Both the position numbers and the translations under genes were made by a program. Of a DNA stretch of 64,000 nucleotides, positions 40,201 to 52,045 are shown piece by piece; within the stretch, counting starts at the first letter, position 1; every line of letters begins with the position of its first letter. The DNA is from Phoronis australis (lineage: Eukaryota > Animalia > Phoronida), in NCBI GenBank assembly GCA_002633005.1, contig NMRA01000223.1, forward strand, positions 376,976-440,975, in the 5' to 3' direction. A model generated the notes under the pieces. The model was not told where the DNA came from and did no database searches. It saw only the letters and a program-made list of their open reading frames with translations.

Positions 40201-41956
40201 AGCATGGGTGTGGTGCACACCAACTGCCATTTGTGGTCAGACAGTATTACGTGATGGGGGTTAGGTTGGGCAGCCACAGGGCTTCACATTCTGTAAGTTA
40301 TTTTTTGTTTTTGTTTTCTTCTTATACTGCGTAAACTTAATTAGAATTTGGACAGTGAAAACTTTATTCTGTTTAAACTGCATGTTTAGCTACTGTTGGA
40401 ATGCACAGTAATCTTAGTGGATTTTGATATCTTGGTGATATATATACTAATTTTCATATTCATCCTTAGAGTGGTTTGGTAGATAGAGGAGCGGACATCA
40501 AAAACAAGACTAGAAAACAGCAAAAAAGACCACTAGATGGCGCAAAATATGTTGAATGCATCCCAAAATGGAAACATGTCATCTTTTCTTTAATAGAAAA
40601 CTATTTATAGAATTTTATAAAAATACGACAAGAAACTTTTTAGAAACGGAGGAAAACTGAAAAAGTACAATTGCCACTAAGAGGCACAGACAGCGTTCGT
40701 CGGATCCGTCTGAAAGTCGTCGCCGCTTGTTATCAACGTCATATAAATACACGTGCCACTAGGAGGTGCCACAGTAGTCAAAATCGTCAGACAACCATCG
40801 TCGACTGTCCTTTTCACACTAAGAATATATAATTATGTCAATTTTTACAATCATCCTTAGAGTGGTTTGGTTGATAGAGGTGCAGATACCAAAAAACACT
40901 GCAGCTTAAAATACCTCGAATCAATCTCACAACTAATTGATGTCAATGTGCCAACTGTCATAAAAATCCGTAGAAGACCTTTTAAGATTATACAGAAGTA
41001 AGTGTAAAAACTAAAATTGCCACTAGGGGTCACACCAGTAGTCTGATCCGCCCGCAATTCGTCGTCATCTGTCGTCAGCTTCATAGGAACACGTCTGCCA
41101 AAACTCATCAAGATGCTGTGAGTTTCTGGAGATATCACCGAGGACACCCATGCCAGACAGTCTGACAGCAATGCCCACCCACATATAAAAACGCGAGTGC
41201 ATAAAATTATAACAATATATCTCTCACTTAACTTTAGGACATAAACAACCATACTGTTAAGAAATCAACTTTCGACTGATAACCGCTATTAAAACTTGTT
41301 TCAACTTGTTTCGTACTCAGACTTGGAATGCATTTAGGATCTGGGAAGAGTCAGACAATTGTCAGTGCTTAAAAAATTGAGACCGTGATAGGCGGATAAA
41401 ACGTCATGTCACGACGAGCTAGACATGGTCTCCAGGCGGGGTGAAATGTCAGGTCTTTCTAAGCCCAGTCATTCCTCGACAGAATTTAGATGTATTGCAG
41501 GTTTAACCATTGGTGGAGCCTCACTTTTACGGCAGTTGGCGTTTGTAAAGCAGCAAGACCGAATTTGCAAAATAATGTCATTTGCTAAAACAATGAGTGT
41601 GATGTACAAAATAATGGCTCTGTGTACATGTTATGTACGAGCAGCAAGTAACCTACTAAACAACATTTCAAGAGAAAGCAGTCATTCATGGACACTGTCG
41701 ATCTCTCCAGAATGGGGCCCAGATGTCGTCGGTGTACTAGCCTGTAGCTAATGTTTTCTCTTGTTTTACTTAAACCGACTATAAATAGATTGACTAGATT
41801 TAACTTGGTTCCCAGCAGGACTTTTTCTGCCAAGAGACCCGATGTTATCATACCTGTGTGTTGGGGTCTTTACTTCTCATTGCACATAAGAACGCAACGC
41901 CCATGAAATAATCATCCCAATCAAGGTAATCTGTCCTCTTTGAGTTAATGTCACCG
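31280..41956 (-). CDS. DCTD: dCMP deaminase-like copy B, 5 coding exons: 41854-41956, 39865-40000, 36052-36176, 32044-32132, 31280-31331 (ATG exon not found)
   Basis: Same exon sizes as copy A (103, 136, 125, 89 nt) with GT-AG introns. Protein: [167 protein letters not shown]. The frame is open and the catalytic motifs are intact. Confidence 0.93.
32561..35975 (+). mobile_element. Academ-type DNA transposon relic in a DCTD-B intron
   Basis: Long TIRs (AACCTGG..TTTGCCG..CCTAGG..CCCTTGAG) with subterminal tandem repeats; right end ...CCCGGACTA. Degenerate transposase motifs [35 protein letters not shown] and RCGCK. The extreme left terminus is missing. Confidence 0.8.
37487..39112. mobile_element. 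Non-autonomous Kolobok-like transposon in a DCTD-B intron
   Basis: Perfect 17-bp TIR AGGAGAATGCCACCCAA with TTAA on both sides. Minus-strand THAP domain at 38680-38967 (C..PC..RKWL..VCGWHF). Convergent plus-strand acidic ORF from 38576 ([15 protein letters not shown]). Confidence 0.88.
40460..41210. mobile_element. Helentron/DINE-like repeat (partial copy at about 49555-49730)
   Basis: Internal direct repeats at about 40460 and 40853, CCACTAGATGGCGC-type motifs, and a degenerate terminal hairpin near 41172-41201. Confidence 0.5.
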
Positions 41957-44539
41957 CTGCAGGTAAAAAGCTTGTGTTACTTTCTGTTATTATGAGACTG
42001 ACAAAATCATACATAAATGGAAGGCAACTTTGCAAGATATTTACTTAACTTAAGTTCACACGAATGTAGAACAATACGGAAAATACCGGAATATTCAAAT
42101 TTGAGAACAAATATTAGACCCTGACCAAAGGCGTAAAAATATCGTTAATTTAGGACATATTAGTGAAACAGGGATCACAAGTTCCTCACTGAAAGCTAAG
42201 ATTGGCACATGAAGTGTGTGGCCTCTGCTGGGAATTTCATTAAAAAATATCGAAGTTTTGATGCAATGATTCCCATCTTTGGACTAATTATAATAGGGCC
42301 GTCCCCGATTACACGGCAATAGAACTATCCTTTGTCCCGGAGATAAGAAAGTGCCTGACTTCGTGTTGGAAATCCAGCATTGTTTTGTGTCTCTCCTTGC
42401 TGTCGGAGAGGCAAAAAATGTCAGCACAAGCATCCATGGGTATTTGTCCAGTTTATAAAACTTTCTCAAGTCGGAGTTGCAGCCCAACAGCACAGCAGTA
42501 ATACTACACTGGCATTGGAAGGACGAATAGAGTAATGCAATCGAGAAAAAATTAAGAATACAGCAAACATGTGAAAATCATAGACATGACATGATATTAA
42601 AATGTCTATGGTGAAAATCCACTGGCATGAAAATGAGGCAGCACAAAGTCATATGGCATTGTGAGTTAATACAGAGAAATTCGAGTGTTGCTGTGTAATC
42701 AGGGACAGTCCTATTCTTCACTTGTTTAAAACATCACGTGGGTGGCAAGTCAGATTCTGTATCGCCACAAAATAGACGCTAAGACAATTTTAGTCTATTA
42801 TTACCACGGTGTGTACAGCGAAGATGTCATAAAATAACATGTGGTCAAGTTTTCACAACTTCTAAGAAGTTAATCAGCCTTGGAAAAACGCGAAAATTAC
42901 AATTTTGGCAATTAGTTTTGTGTGAAACGAGCTAAGAATTTAAATAGGGACGATATGAAAAACAGCAGCTGCATAGAAAAATTGAAAATGTTTGGATCAC
43001 AAACTAGTAATTCCAAAAACAGCTTAGAATTGTTCCATCAAAATCTGCAATGGAGAGAAGATAGTTGAAATAAAACTTTATGGGTCGTTGTCTTCTGTAG
43101 GGAGTTCAAAATATGGGTGGTCCTTCTTGAAACAAGTAATATATTATAGGTGGTTGGTGTTTTTTGTCCTGTAAATGTTGACAGATGAGTATTTTCAGTC
43201 AAACACCGACCTCAATACCCTCTGAAAAACTCACCAAAAATTCACTTTGCTGATACCCAAAAACATCTAAAAACAACAAAACAAGCCCATTTTGCTAGTG
43301 TGCAGTGCGCAATATACCCTATGCTGTTGCTCAAGTCATGGGAGATAGATTACTGGCACAAGTTGTACAGTTACATTAGAATGAAAATTACTGCAACACT
43401 AAGCTGGAGTTAATCTGATGATTTTTAAGGGCTATTCCAGCAAAATCCGTATCCGACGGGGGGACGGCAGTAATCTATTTTGCCCAGGTACGCTATGTTG
43501 CAGAGTAAAACAATATGGTGATTGCGAATGATATGATTTACTAACTAAGTACAAGAACTGAAGAAGACTGCTAGATAGGCATGGAAAAACGCCACCGGCG
43601 TGTACAATGAATAGCCCTTAACGATGGAACCAACGCAAATGACTTAAGAGCTGCTAGAAGAGCCTAGAGTGAGCAAAGAAAAGATTATAAACAAACAAAA
43701 AGCCTGAAAGGCATACCAGGTAAAGTATAATAAGAAAAAAACAAACAAGCAAACACGATGAAGGGAGGGAAAATGCAGAGGAAAACGTCTTGTGCTAGAC
43801 CAAGCTGTACTGAGGATATATGAGTGACCAATCAGGTATCAAGTACAGAAAAGTATGAATACAAAAATAGACCCCTGAGACTATAATTAGAGATCAGTAA
43901 TGCAAAATAACCCCTACGAGTTGATATAAAAGAAAAAGTGACCAATATAAAAACAGTGACGATAAGTACAATAAGAAGTTAAATTTAATCATCTTAATCT
44001 ATTTTGCCCGAGCAAGGCCACGAGCTTTGTCGCCTAGTTAAACAAGACGAGTATTGCGAATAATGTCATTTATTATGAAGTTCGTAGAAGAACTGAAGAC
44101 GGCCATGGAAAAATGTATGGGAATATTGACAAAGTCCATCCGAGGAAGCGTAACACAAGCAATAACAAATGAGGCTATGTACAAAAACATCTACTATCAT
44201 GATTAAGACTAGAAAATGAAAATTAACAATGGAACCTGAAATAAAAACTACCTACTGTAGTACTACTGACAAGATTTTGCAAAGGCTCCAACAACGGACC
44301 TTTAAGGCGCAGGTTGCAATGACAGACCTGTGCAGGGGAGGAGGTAGGCTACAACAACACACTTGACCTGGGAGGACTGGGGGAAACAGAGGATGAACTG
44401 AAACTACAGACCCATCGTAGTGGAAGGAGGCTGAAAAGGAAAGGGTGAAAAATGGGGAGTTGAGAAAAGACTCACCGAGAGTTTAGGGATGCCTGCTTAA
44501 GGGGAAAAACATAATGTGCATGTAGTTTTAGTGCCTCAA

Positions 44540-47500
44540 ATTTCCAGTTTCCCATGCCATAGATTAACATGAAGTTGAAGCAAAAAAGGATAAGCCGTGA
44601 TCCATTGAGGTGTTGGAACAGGAACCTGGAGCGTGCCTACAGGTAGAAAAGTACCATGTTAGTGGGGCAACGGAGAGATTGGACCGTAGGAATAGCAAGT
44701 GAGACTGGTCCAGATCTGTGCTTGAAAGTACAGATGGTGATGACCACCGAGTCGCCACAGGATGGGAAGACGACGTCGCTGACCTGGATGACATAGGAAG
44801 GGAGAGCTGTGAGGAGGTGACTGTGAAGTCGCCTAATCTGAGTAAGGCGTGCAAAGCTAGAAGGAACATGACAAGTTCGAGAACGAAGTTGGTAGAAGAA
44901 CTGAGTGCAGAAGAAGAGGCGTCGAAAAGATTGTGAAGCAAAACCTAAGTAATGGGCATGCGTTTGTCAGCAGATGAGAGAAGGTTGTAAGCACTTTTGA
45001 GGAGTTTTTTGATGAAAAGGGAGGAGATAGGGTCAGGAAGGTTGTCCAATTTGAGACAGAACAGTATAGACGAGGCACTGAGGCCAAATTCGAAAAGGTG
45101 GATATTTGGCTAAGGTAGTTGTGTTAATGGGCAAGGTAAGAGGGGAGATATTAGATGAGAGGTGGAACTGTGGAAAGTCTGTGGATATATTGGGTAGGAC
45201 TGCAGGGAAGCCCAGTAGTCTGGTCACACTTGCAAGAGGTGTGGAAGGATCGGCGTTGGATGAAGGCTGAGCCAAGAACCTTGGGAAAGGGCAATCTGAA
45301 AGCTGAAACGAGAAAGTGCGTCTGCAATAACGTTAATGAAACCATTAGTATGTTTAGCACGAAAAAATGGGGGGCGGGGTGGCGGAAAGAGGTGTTGCTG
45401 ATAACAGGGCTTGGAATGACCCATGACAAAAAAGAGGAAATTTTTACGGCACTAAATACACATTTCAATGTGAACCATACCTCAACAGATAGAAAGTTAC
45501 TGTGTCGTGTTGGCAAAACGCACTCATCTTAAGCAGTACCTGATATCTATTTCAGCAACAACAATGAAGGCAATTAGAAAATATTTTTTAAAATTAAAAT
45601 AATAACGATAATGATGAAAAATTTGCAGTCTGAGTGGCAGGAGCTTATTCTTGATTTGCTGCACTGAAGGAGACCTATAAAATTATTTTCAATTCTTATA
45701 ATTACGATACAAAATTACAAAAAAAAATTAAAATCGATTCATAGATTATCTAGAAAGCCTGAAATACATACACATTTAATTCCAACAAAAAACTTAATTC
45801 CACTATTTATGGCCGCGATTAATACCAAATTCAGACGCCATGGATGAACCACGCTATCCCAGGCACAGGCGCTTGAATTTATCTGTTCCTCGATTGCCTC
45901 TGACGTCACTCCCTACTAAGAAATCATGTTCCTTGTATATGGTTACGAGTCATCGGCAAATTCGAGCTTCTGTGATCCGCAATTACAATTTTCGTTCCTC
46001 CGAAACATAAAAATAGAGCAGTTTCTGCTTTTCGAGCCGTCGACAACGCCGCGGTGAGAAACCACTTTGCCGCTATAATTTTAAGGCAAATCCGATTTTG
46101 TTTCCGCGGAAGTATAACGAAAATACGCTGAAGGACTAAAAAAAAGCGGAAATCCGCGTTTCTGTGGAAAATTCCAAGCCTTGTGATAATGTCAACGACG
46201 GCACAGTTGTCACAGGAATAGAATCTTGTGGTTGGCGTGTTTTGAAGTCCACAGTTCCAGAGCGATGGTGATGTGATGCGATGGTGCTAGAGGTGGTCTG
46301 GCCAAAGGGAGGCAAACCATGAAGTCCCCAGCATTGCCACGAATCCCCCATCGGTGCCAGATGTCCATACACTGTTTTACCGTTAAAATTTTGGAAGAAA
46401 ATTGACAAAGCACCGAGGTCTGCCCTGTCTTTCTTATTGAGAGTTACGAAGTGGTCTGGTCTAGATATACCAATGGTGAGATTCATGAGGCGATGGAGGA
46501 AGACACGGCCAGGCAGAATGACTAAACAGGCGAAGTTGAGTAGTCCGATCAGTCATTGAGGATTGTGTAAAGTGACCTTCCAGCACTTCTGGGAGTTGAG
46601 AAGGAGGCCTGTAGCCTTGACCACCTTGTCCTGTCGGAGAGTCGACACGGATGTCATAAATGGTGACTGACGTGCTTGGTTGAACTGTCTTGTCGTGGTT
46701 GACGCGAATTCCAACAAGAGTCCCAGAGAGGCATGAACACAGCAAGGTATTTGGAGCATTTTGGAGAGGAAAGGGTACCCACGAACAAGAAGTCGTTGTG
46801 GTAATGAGATACGCCGGCGACATTGAGCTTGTGTTTCAGGATCCATTAAATTGCAGAGCTGATCTTGTCGAACATCTTGCAGCTGAAGGCACAGCCGAAT
46901 GGTAAGCACCTGTCGTAGCAGAAGTTTTGGCCCAGGCCTAATAGGTGGTAGTCATTAGGGTAAACCGTCCTTGATGTCGGTCTTTGCCGTGAGGGAGTTG
47001 CGTCCAGATTTTTTAACCAATCGGATATCGTCGGTGATAGATTGCTACTGGATGTGGGAGAATTGATGGAAAATGAGAGCGTTAACCGAAATGGAGTGAT
47101 GAGACAGATATGACAAGTTATAATTATACGGAAACTGTTATGTTGAGACTTAGAGAAGAGGGCAAGAGGTGATCAAGAGGAAAACGGGAATGGAGGGGAC
47201 GGGAAGGGATCAGCATAGCGATCCAGAAAAACCTCAGCCTGTATTTTCTGACAGGTAACATTAGGGGTACGGAGAGCGGACGGGTGGTTTGTGGGGGGAA
47301 GGGGGTAGCAGACCTGGGAGGTGCCAAGCCTGAAACCGAAAGATAAACCCTTTATTAGTTCCGGAGCCAAGAGCGTATCGTAATCTGAAAGGAGTGGTTT
47401 AAGTTTGTTTACTTTCACGGGTGTTGGGATGCCTGGCAGCTGCAGTTCTGCGCTGCGCTGTGGCAGCTTTGGCGCAGGATGTGCATGAACGTGCCGGGTG

Positions 47501-48160
47501 ATTGGCGTCCCAGAGACTGCAACAGTGCTGGTATTGGCAAAGAGGAAGGTTGCAAGACCGGTTGTTGAAATTCCAGCAAATACTTGTGGGGGAAGAGTGC
47601 TGGTGACGGGTCGAGGTACAGGGGCCTCGAAAAAATGTGGAGATGGATGAAGCTTGGCGATATCACTGACGGCAGGTGGGGTGACGTTGGGCCTTATAAA
47701 ACTTGGCGCCAGAGGTCCCAGTGGGTCCACTTGAAGTCGAAACATGATTTAAATTTCCTGAAAAGCACAATGGAAAGGCAGGGGGAGTTCCTGTTGTATG
47801 AGATGGTAACGGGGAAGCTGATGGCTGATCGCCTGAAACAAGAGAAGAAAATTCAATTAATTTTTTGTTGAAGATACGTCGCCGAGTTATGAAGTCAATA
47901 TGAAAACTCAAAGGTAAAGATACATACCGACTATTAGTAGAAGGGTTGAAACCCGAAAGTGAAGGTGGAATTGAGTCGGAGGCTTGAGCTTGAATGTACT
48001 TGTAGGCAGACTGAAATGCGATAACGTTGTTCGGTTGAGTAGTGGGAGGCGCAGTCACATGATCAGCAGTTGAATGCTGAGCGACACGTGGAGACCGACA
48101 GGGAGATTTGCAGGGAGATTTGCAGGTAGAGGACCTGTCTGATTCATTGGATGCCATGCT
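44540..48160 (-). mobile_element. DIRS/Ngaro-type tyrosine-recombinase retrotransposon relic
   Basis: RT N-terminus IPTPVKVNKL..LIKGLSFGFRLG..NHPSAL..PFPSPPF (47173-47745). RNase H-like IFFQNFNGK, DNCAVVDII and FRAKH..NVIADALSR. Recombinase-like MFLLALHALLRLGDFT (44564-44941). Many stops and frameshifts. Confidence 0.85.
45405..46183. mobile_element. hAT-like MITE inserted in the DIRS RNase H region
   Basis: TIRs CAGGGCTTGGAAT / ATTCCAAGCCTTG with a flanking TGATAA duplication. Removing it rejoins DNCAVVDII-SNTSFRHP. Confidence 0.8.
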
Positions 48161-48371
48161 GAAAAAAAAAATACTGAGTAGACTACCTGAGGAAAACCAG
48201 AGTGGCCACCCGGAATGAAATGGGAGAAGAGGTATAAAGGGGGACGAGAAACATAGAAAACAGATAAGAATAATAAGTCCCTGAAGTGTAGAGGGTAAAT
48301 GGTGGGCTAGAGAAGCTCAAGATTCCGAAAAAAACTCCTTGAAAACCGCCGAAACGATGGATTAGTAAAGG

Positions 48372-48884
48372 GAATTAAGAACCCTGCGAGCAAACAGCCG
48401 AAAAGATAAGAAATTTTGGAGGAGGCATGTAAAGGGATAGAATAATCCCATGAGCAAACAAAGAACCTCGTTGGGATAACACCGCTAAAACTAGTGGTTA
48501 AAACAGGGTATTATAGGGCCCCCTGCAGGGAAACCGCTGAAATGTGAATGTTTTGAACTAGGTACGGGAAAACATGATATAAAAAGCTGGAATTAATAAC
48601 TCTTGCACGCTGAAGGGTTAAATGTTGACTACAGAATCCCGAAGCTCCTGAAACCTTTGAGTCCATGGAACCACCAAATTCATGGTTTATGAACAGGGAT
48701 TAAGCGTCCCTGTGGGCGAACAGCCGAAGATAATTATGAAATTTTGGAGGGGTAACTCAGAAGATACAAATAATCCCGTGAGTCTAGGAAGAATCTTGTT
48801 GGAAAGAAACCACTGAAATATTGGTTAGAACGGGGTATCTAAGGCCCGAAAACCGCCAAAATGTGAATATTTTGAACGAGGCAT
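48372..48884. repeat. Diverged direct repeat pair of about 190 bp (48372-48565 and 48698-48884) next to the DIRS 5' end
   Basis: Colinear motifs AACAGCCGAA..GAAATTTTGGAGG..ATAATCCC..AAACCGC..AATGTGAAT in both copies. Confidence 0.55.
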
Positions 48885-49756
48885 AAAAATGAACTAGATA
48901 TAAATATGAATTATTAAAATAAAGTGATCAGATGTAAGTGAGGGTGAGGTGTGTGTCAGAATAAATATTGATTAACTAATTAGTAAGAATAGATCCATTT
49001 AAGTTGCCCAAAATTTGTGCATATGTACTTTTAAGACATGGGGTCAAGGTTGTTGACATGAACTTTAACGTAAAAATCTATTTTTATATGGTGTTTACAA
49101 CTTTGGGTTCTGGGGTCAAAGCACTCTAGACATAATAGAGAATTCGGAGAACAAATTGTTGTAACAGCCAATAATACGACTGGATATAATCATGTGGTTT
49201 TTGAAGGATAGTTGCGATAATAACATGAACCAACAAGATAATGAAAAAAGTGGAGTTTGCCCTTAACTCTATCGATGGTCATACTATGTAGCTTCCAATG
49301 AACAGAAAAGGGTAAAAGGAAAATGTATTCAACTTAATTTTAAGTTCACGGGAACCATGCAGTGAGTGGAGTCACCCGTTCAAAATTATTTTATTTTCGT
49401 GTGCAAAGGAATTCAAACATAGATCACTGAATTCATGACACACTAATCTGGCCTTGTCAATATATGAACAAGAGCAACGCGGAGCGTTTAAATGCAGCTA
49501 CGGATGCACCGCAAATGGTGTGCTTCTAGGGGTGTTTATTTTATCAGAATAATGACCACTAGATGGCTAGATGGCGCACAATACATCGAATCCATCCAAA
49601 AATGAGAACATATCATCGTTTCCTTATTAGAAATCAACTCACTATTTTCATAAAAATCCGTCGATAACTTCAGAGAAACAAAGGAAAACAAAAAAAAAAT
49701 GAAATTGCGTTCGTCGGATCCGTCTGAAAGTTCTTGCGGTGGGTTAAAGAGTGCTT

Positions 49757-50355
49757 AATATTGACAATAAGCACCAAAACAGTCAAGAGACAATCATGCT
49801 TTCAAGAACAGAATTCTAATGAAATCAATTAATATTTAGATATGTGCTTAATTAATATTGACAAAAAGTACTAAAACAGTCAAGAGACAATCACTCTTTC
49901 AAGAACAAAATTCTAAAGAAATCAATTAATTTTCAGATATGTGCTTATAATCAATATTGACAAAAATACTGAAAGAGTCAAGCGACAATCACTCTTTCAA
50001 GAACAAAATTCTAAAGAAATCAATTAATTTTCAGATATGTGCTTATAATCAATATTGACAAAAATACTGAAACAGTCAAGCGACAATCACGCTTTCAAGA
50101 ACAGAATTCTAATGAAATCAATTAATGTTTAGATATGTGCTTAATTAATATTGACAAAAAGTACTAAAGCAGTCAGGAGACAATCACTCTTTCAAGAACA
50201 GAATTCTAAAGAAATCAATTAATGTTCAGATATGTGCTTATAATTAATATTGACAAAAATACTGAAACAGTCAAGAGACAATCACGCTTTCAAGAACAGA
50301 ATTCTAATGAAACCAATAAGTGTTCAGATATTGCTTCATATTGACAAAAATATTA
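49757..50355. repeat. Tandem array, 96-99 bp unit, about 6 copies
   Basis: AATATTGACAA... units start at 49757, 49854, 49953, 50051, 50147 and 50246. Confidence 0.95.
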
Positions 50356-50943
50356 AAATCAATATTTCCAAAGGATGGAAACAGCAAATAATATCGAGAA
50401 AACGCACAGCTTGCTATGTGTAGGCCAATTTAATACAGCATGCGACCGCCAGACATTACCAGAAGTAAATTGGAAGTCAGGTCAAACTTTCAGTCAAATA
50501 TTTCAGTTTTCTGCAACAGAACTTTACCGAAAATAAATAACAAAAATAATAAAACATTGTTTGTTCTTTCTAATGATACCAAATTCATCATCTACATACA
50601 ATCTTACATGTATGAAAATTAACTCAGAAAACGTCAAATGAGATTAATAAACATAACCTCGCTGTAAACTCACTGACAACTGAAGCTGATGTTTAGGCTG
50701 TGAAACGTTTTAAAATTCACACCGATAAGTTGCAGATTTCCAAATCTATCAAAAACTTATCGTTTTTGTCAGGGTCTCTCCATTTGGACGCTGTACCTAC
50801 ATGTATATGTAGGTCGAAGTACGGCTGTACTTCATTGTAGGTACAGCCATTAGTCCATGTACGTAATCAGACTGAAGTGTTGACTTCATATGAACTCATG
50901 AAATTGCAATTTCACGGGAAAGACTTTATTAACACACTAACAG

Positions 50944-51219
50944 CAGTGGCGGATCTAGGATACCATAACGGGGGCCAAACATCGTCGGGGAATTGGGTAA
51001 AGCACGATTGTCTCCGCACAGGCGGCCCAAAAATTGCGGGGGCCGAGGATGTAGACCTTTTGTTCATAAACCCTGTCGGTGCACTAGAAAAAAAAAAACA
51101 GTAATGTGATTCCGCGTCCCGAGTCTCCCCCTTCGTCTGCTACCAGTCCTAACTCCTTGCTCTTTCATTCTTTCATTTTCCTTGAGGCAGCCAAGGGGGA
51201 GGGGCTAAATCCACCTATG
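50944..51219. mobile_element. MITE of the CAGTGGCGGATC family
   Basis: Ends CAGTGGCGGATCTAG ... CTAAATCCACCTATG; flanks AACAG / AACAT. Confidence 0.7.
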
Positions 51220-51659
51220 AACATCTCCTTATTATATAGACTGCATCAGGAAAACTTTCAGTGACTCCGTTGTCTGGTATTTGTGAACTTTTATGATATG
51301 GCACGCAGGTCTAAAGTTATTTGTTACTGGAAATTGGTGCACTTATGCTGTGTTCCGTGTCGGTGAGCCGACGACTCGGTGTTTACCGGAGTGTGAGTGT
51401 CGGCAAAAACAAGATGGGTCAGGACGGACGGACAGAGATGACGGCATTATGCGTCCACATATAAATATGAGGGCACATAGAAATACAAAAAAGAATGATT
51501 CCAAGAAAACAGATTTAAATAAAAAATGAAATCACCTCAATGCTGCAGCTCCCAAATACGTCCAACACCTTCTCATTTTGAAATGTCCTCTCCTGTCCAA
51601 AGCCCAAGGTACATTGACAACATCCAAGTGTGCAGAATAGAAGCAGGAGCTTACTATAA

Positions 51660-52045
51660 TAGGGGTTGATTTGTTGTGCGTGAACTTGGAATCCTGCAGA
51701 AGCGAGTGTTGCGTAAACTTGGAATACGCGAGGCAACTTGTCAAGTTCACTCGAATAATCTCGTTCATGTTCACAAAAATTTGCACTGCACTAAATCAAG
51801 TTACATATGAATAAAATCATGTCAGTTTCAGCCAACCTTTTCAACTATGGGCGATCAGTTTCACCAAACAATGATCGATTTAGCCATCCTCCGGTTCAGC
51901 GACACAAGTTACGGTAAAAGAGAAAATGGCCAATAAGTACAAATTATAATTCTTTTCACTGAACAAAAAGTTCATGCAACACTCGCTTCTGCTTAATCTT
52001 GAGATTAAGCAGGATTCCAAGTTCACGTACAACAGATCAACGCGT
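51660..52045. repeat. Inverted-repeat element (MITE-like)
   Basis: GTTGATTTGTTGTGCGTGAACTTGGAATCCTGC..AGAAGCGAGTGTTGC is inverted at about 51975-52042. Confidence 0.6.

Noticed and set aside
42305-42440. Short minus-strand frame with a WD40-like LISGTKDSSIAV motif
   Set aside because: A single short motif ending in a stop, with no supporting repeats or splice donor; probably chance.
44718-47871. Plus-strand ORFs over the DIRS relic
   Set aside because: Antisense shadows of the minus-strand retroelement with no recognisable motifs.
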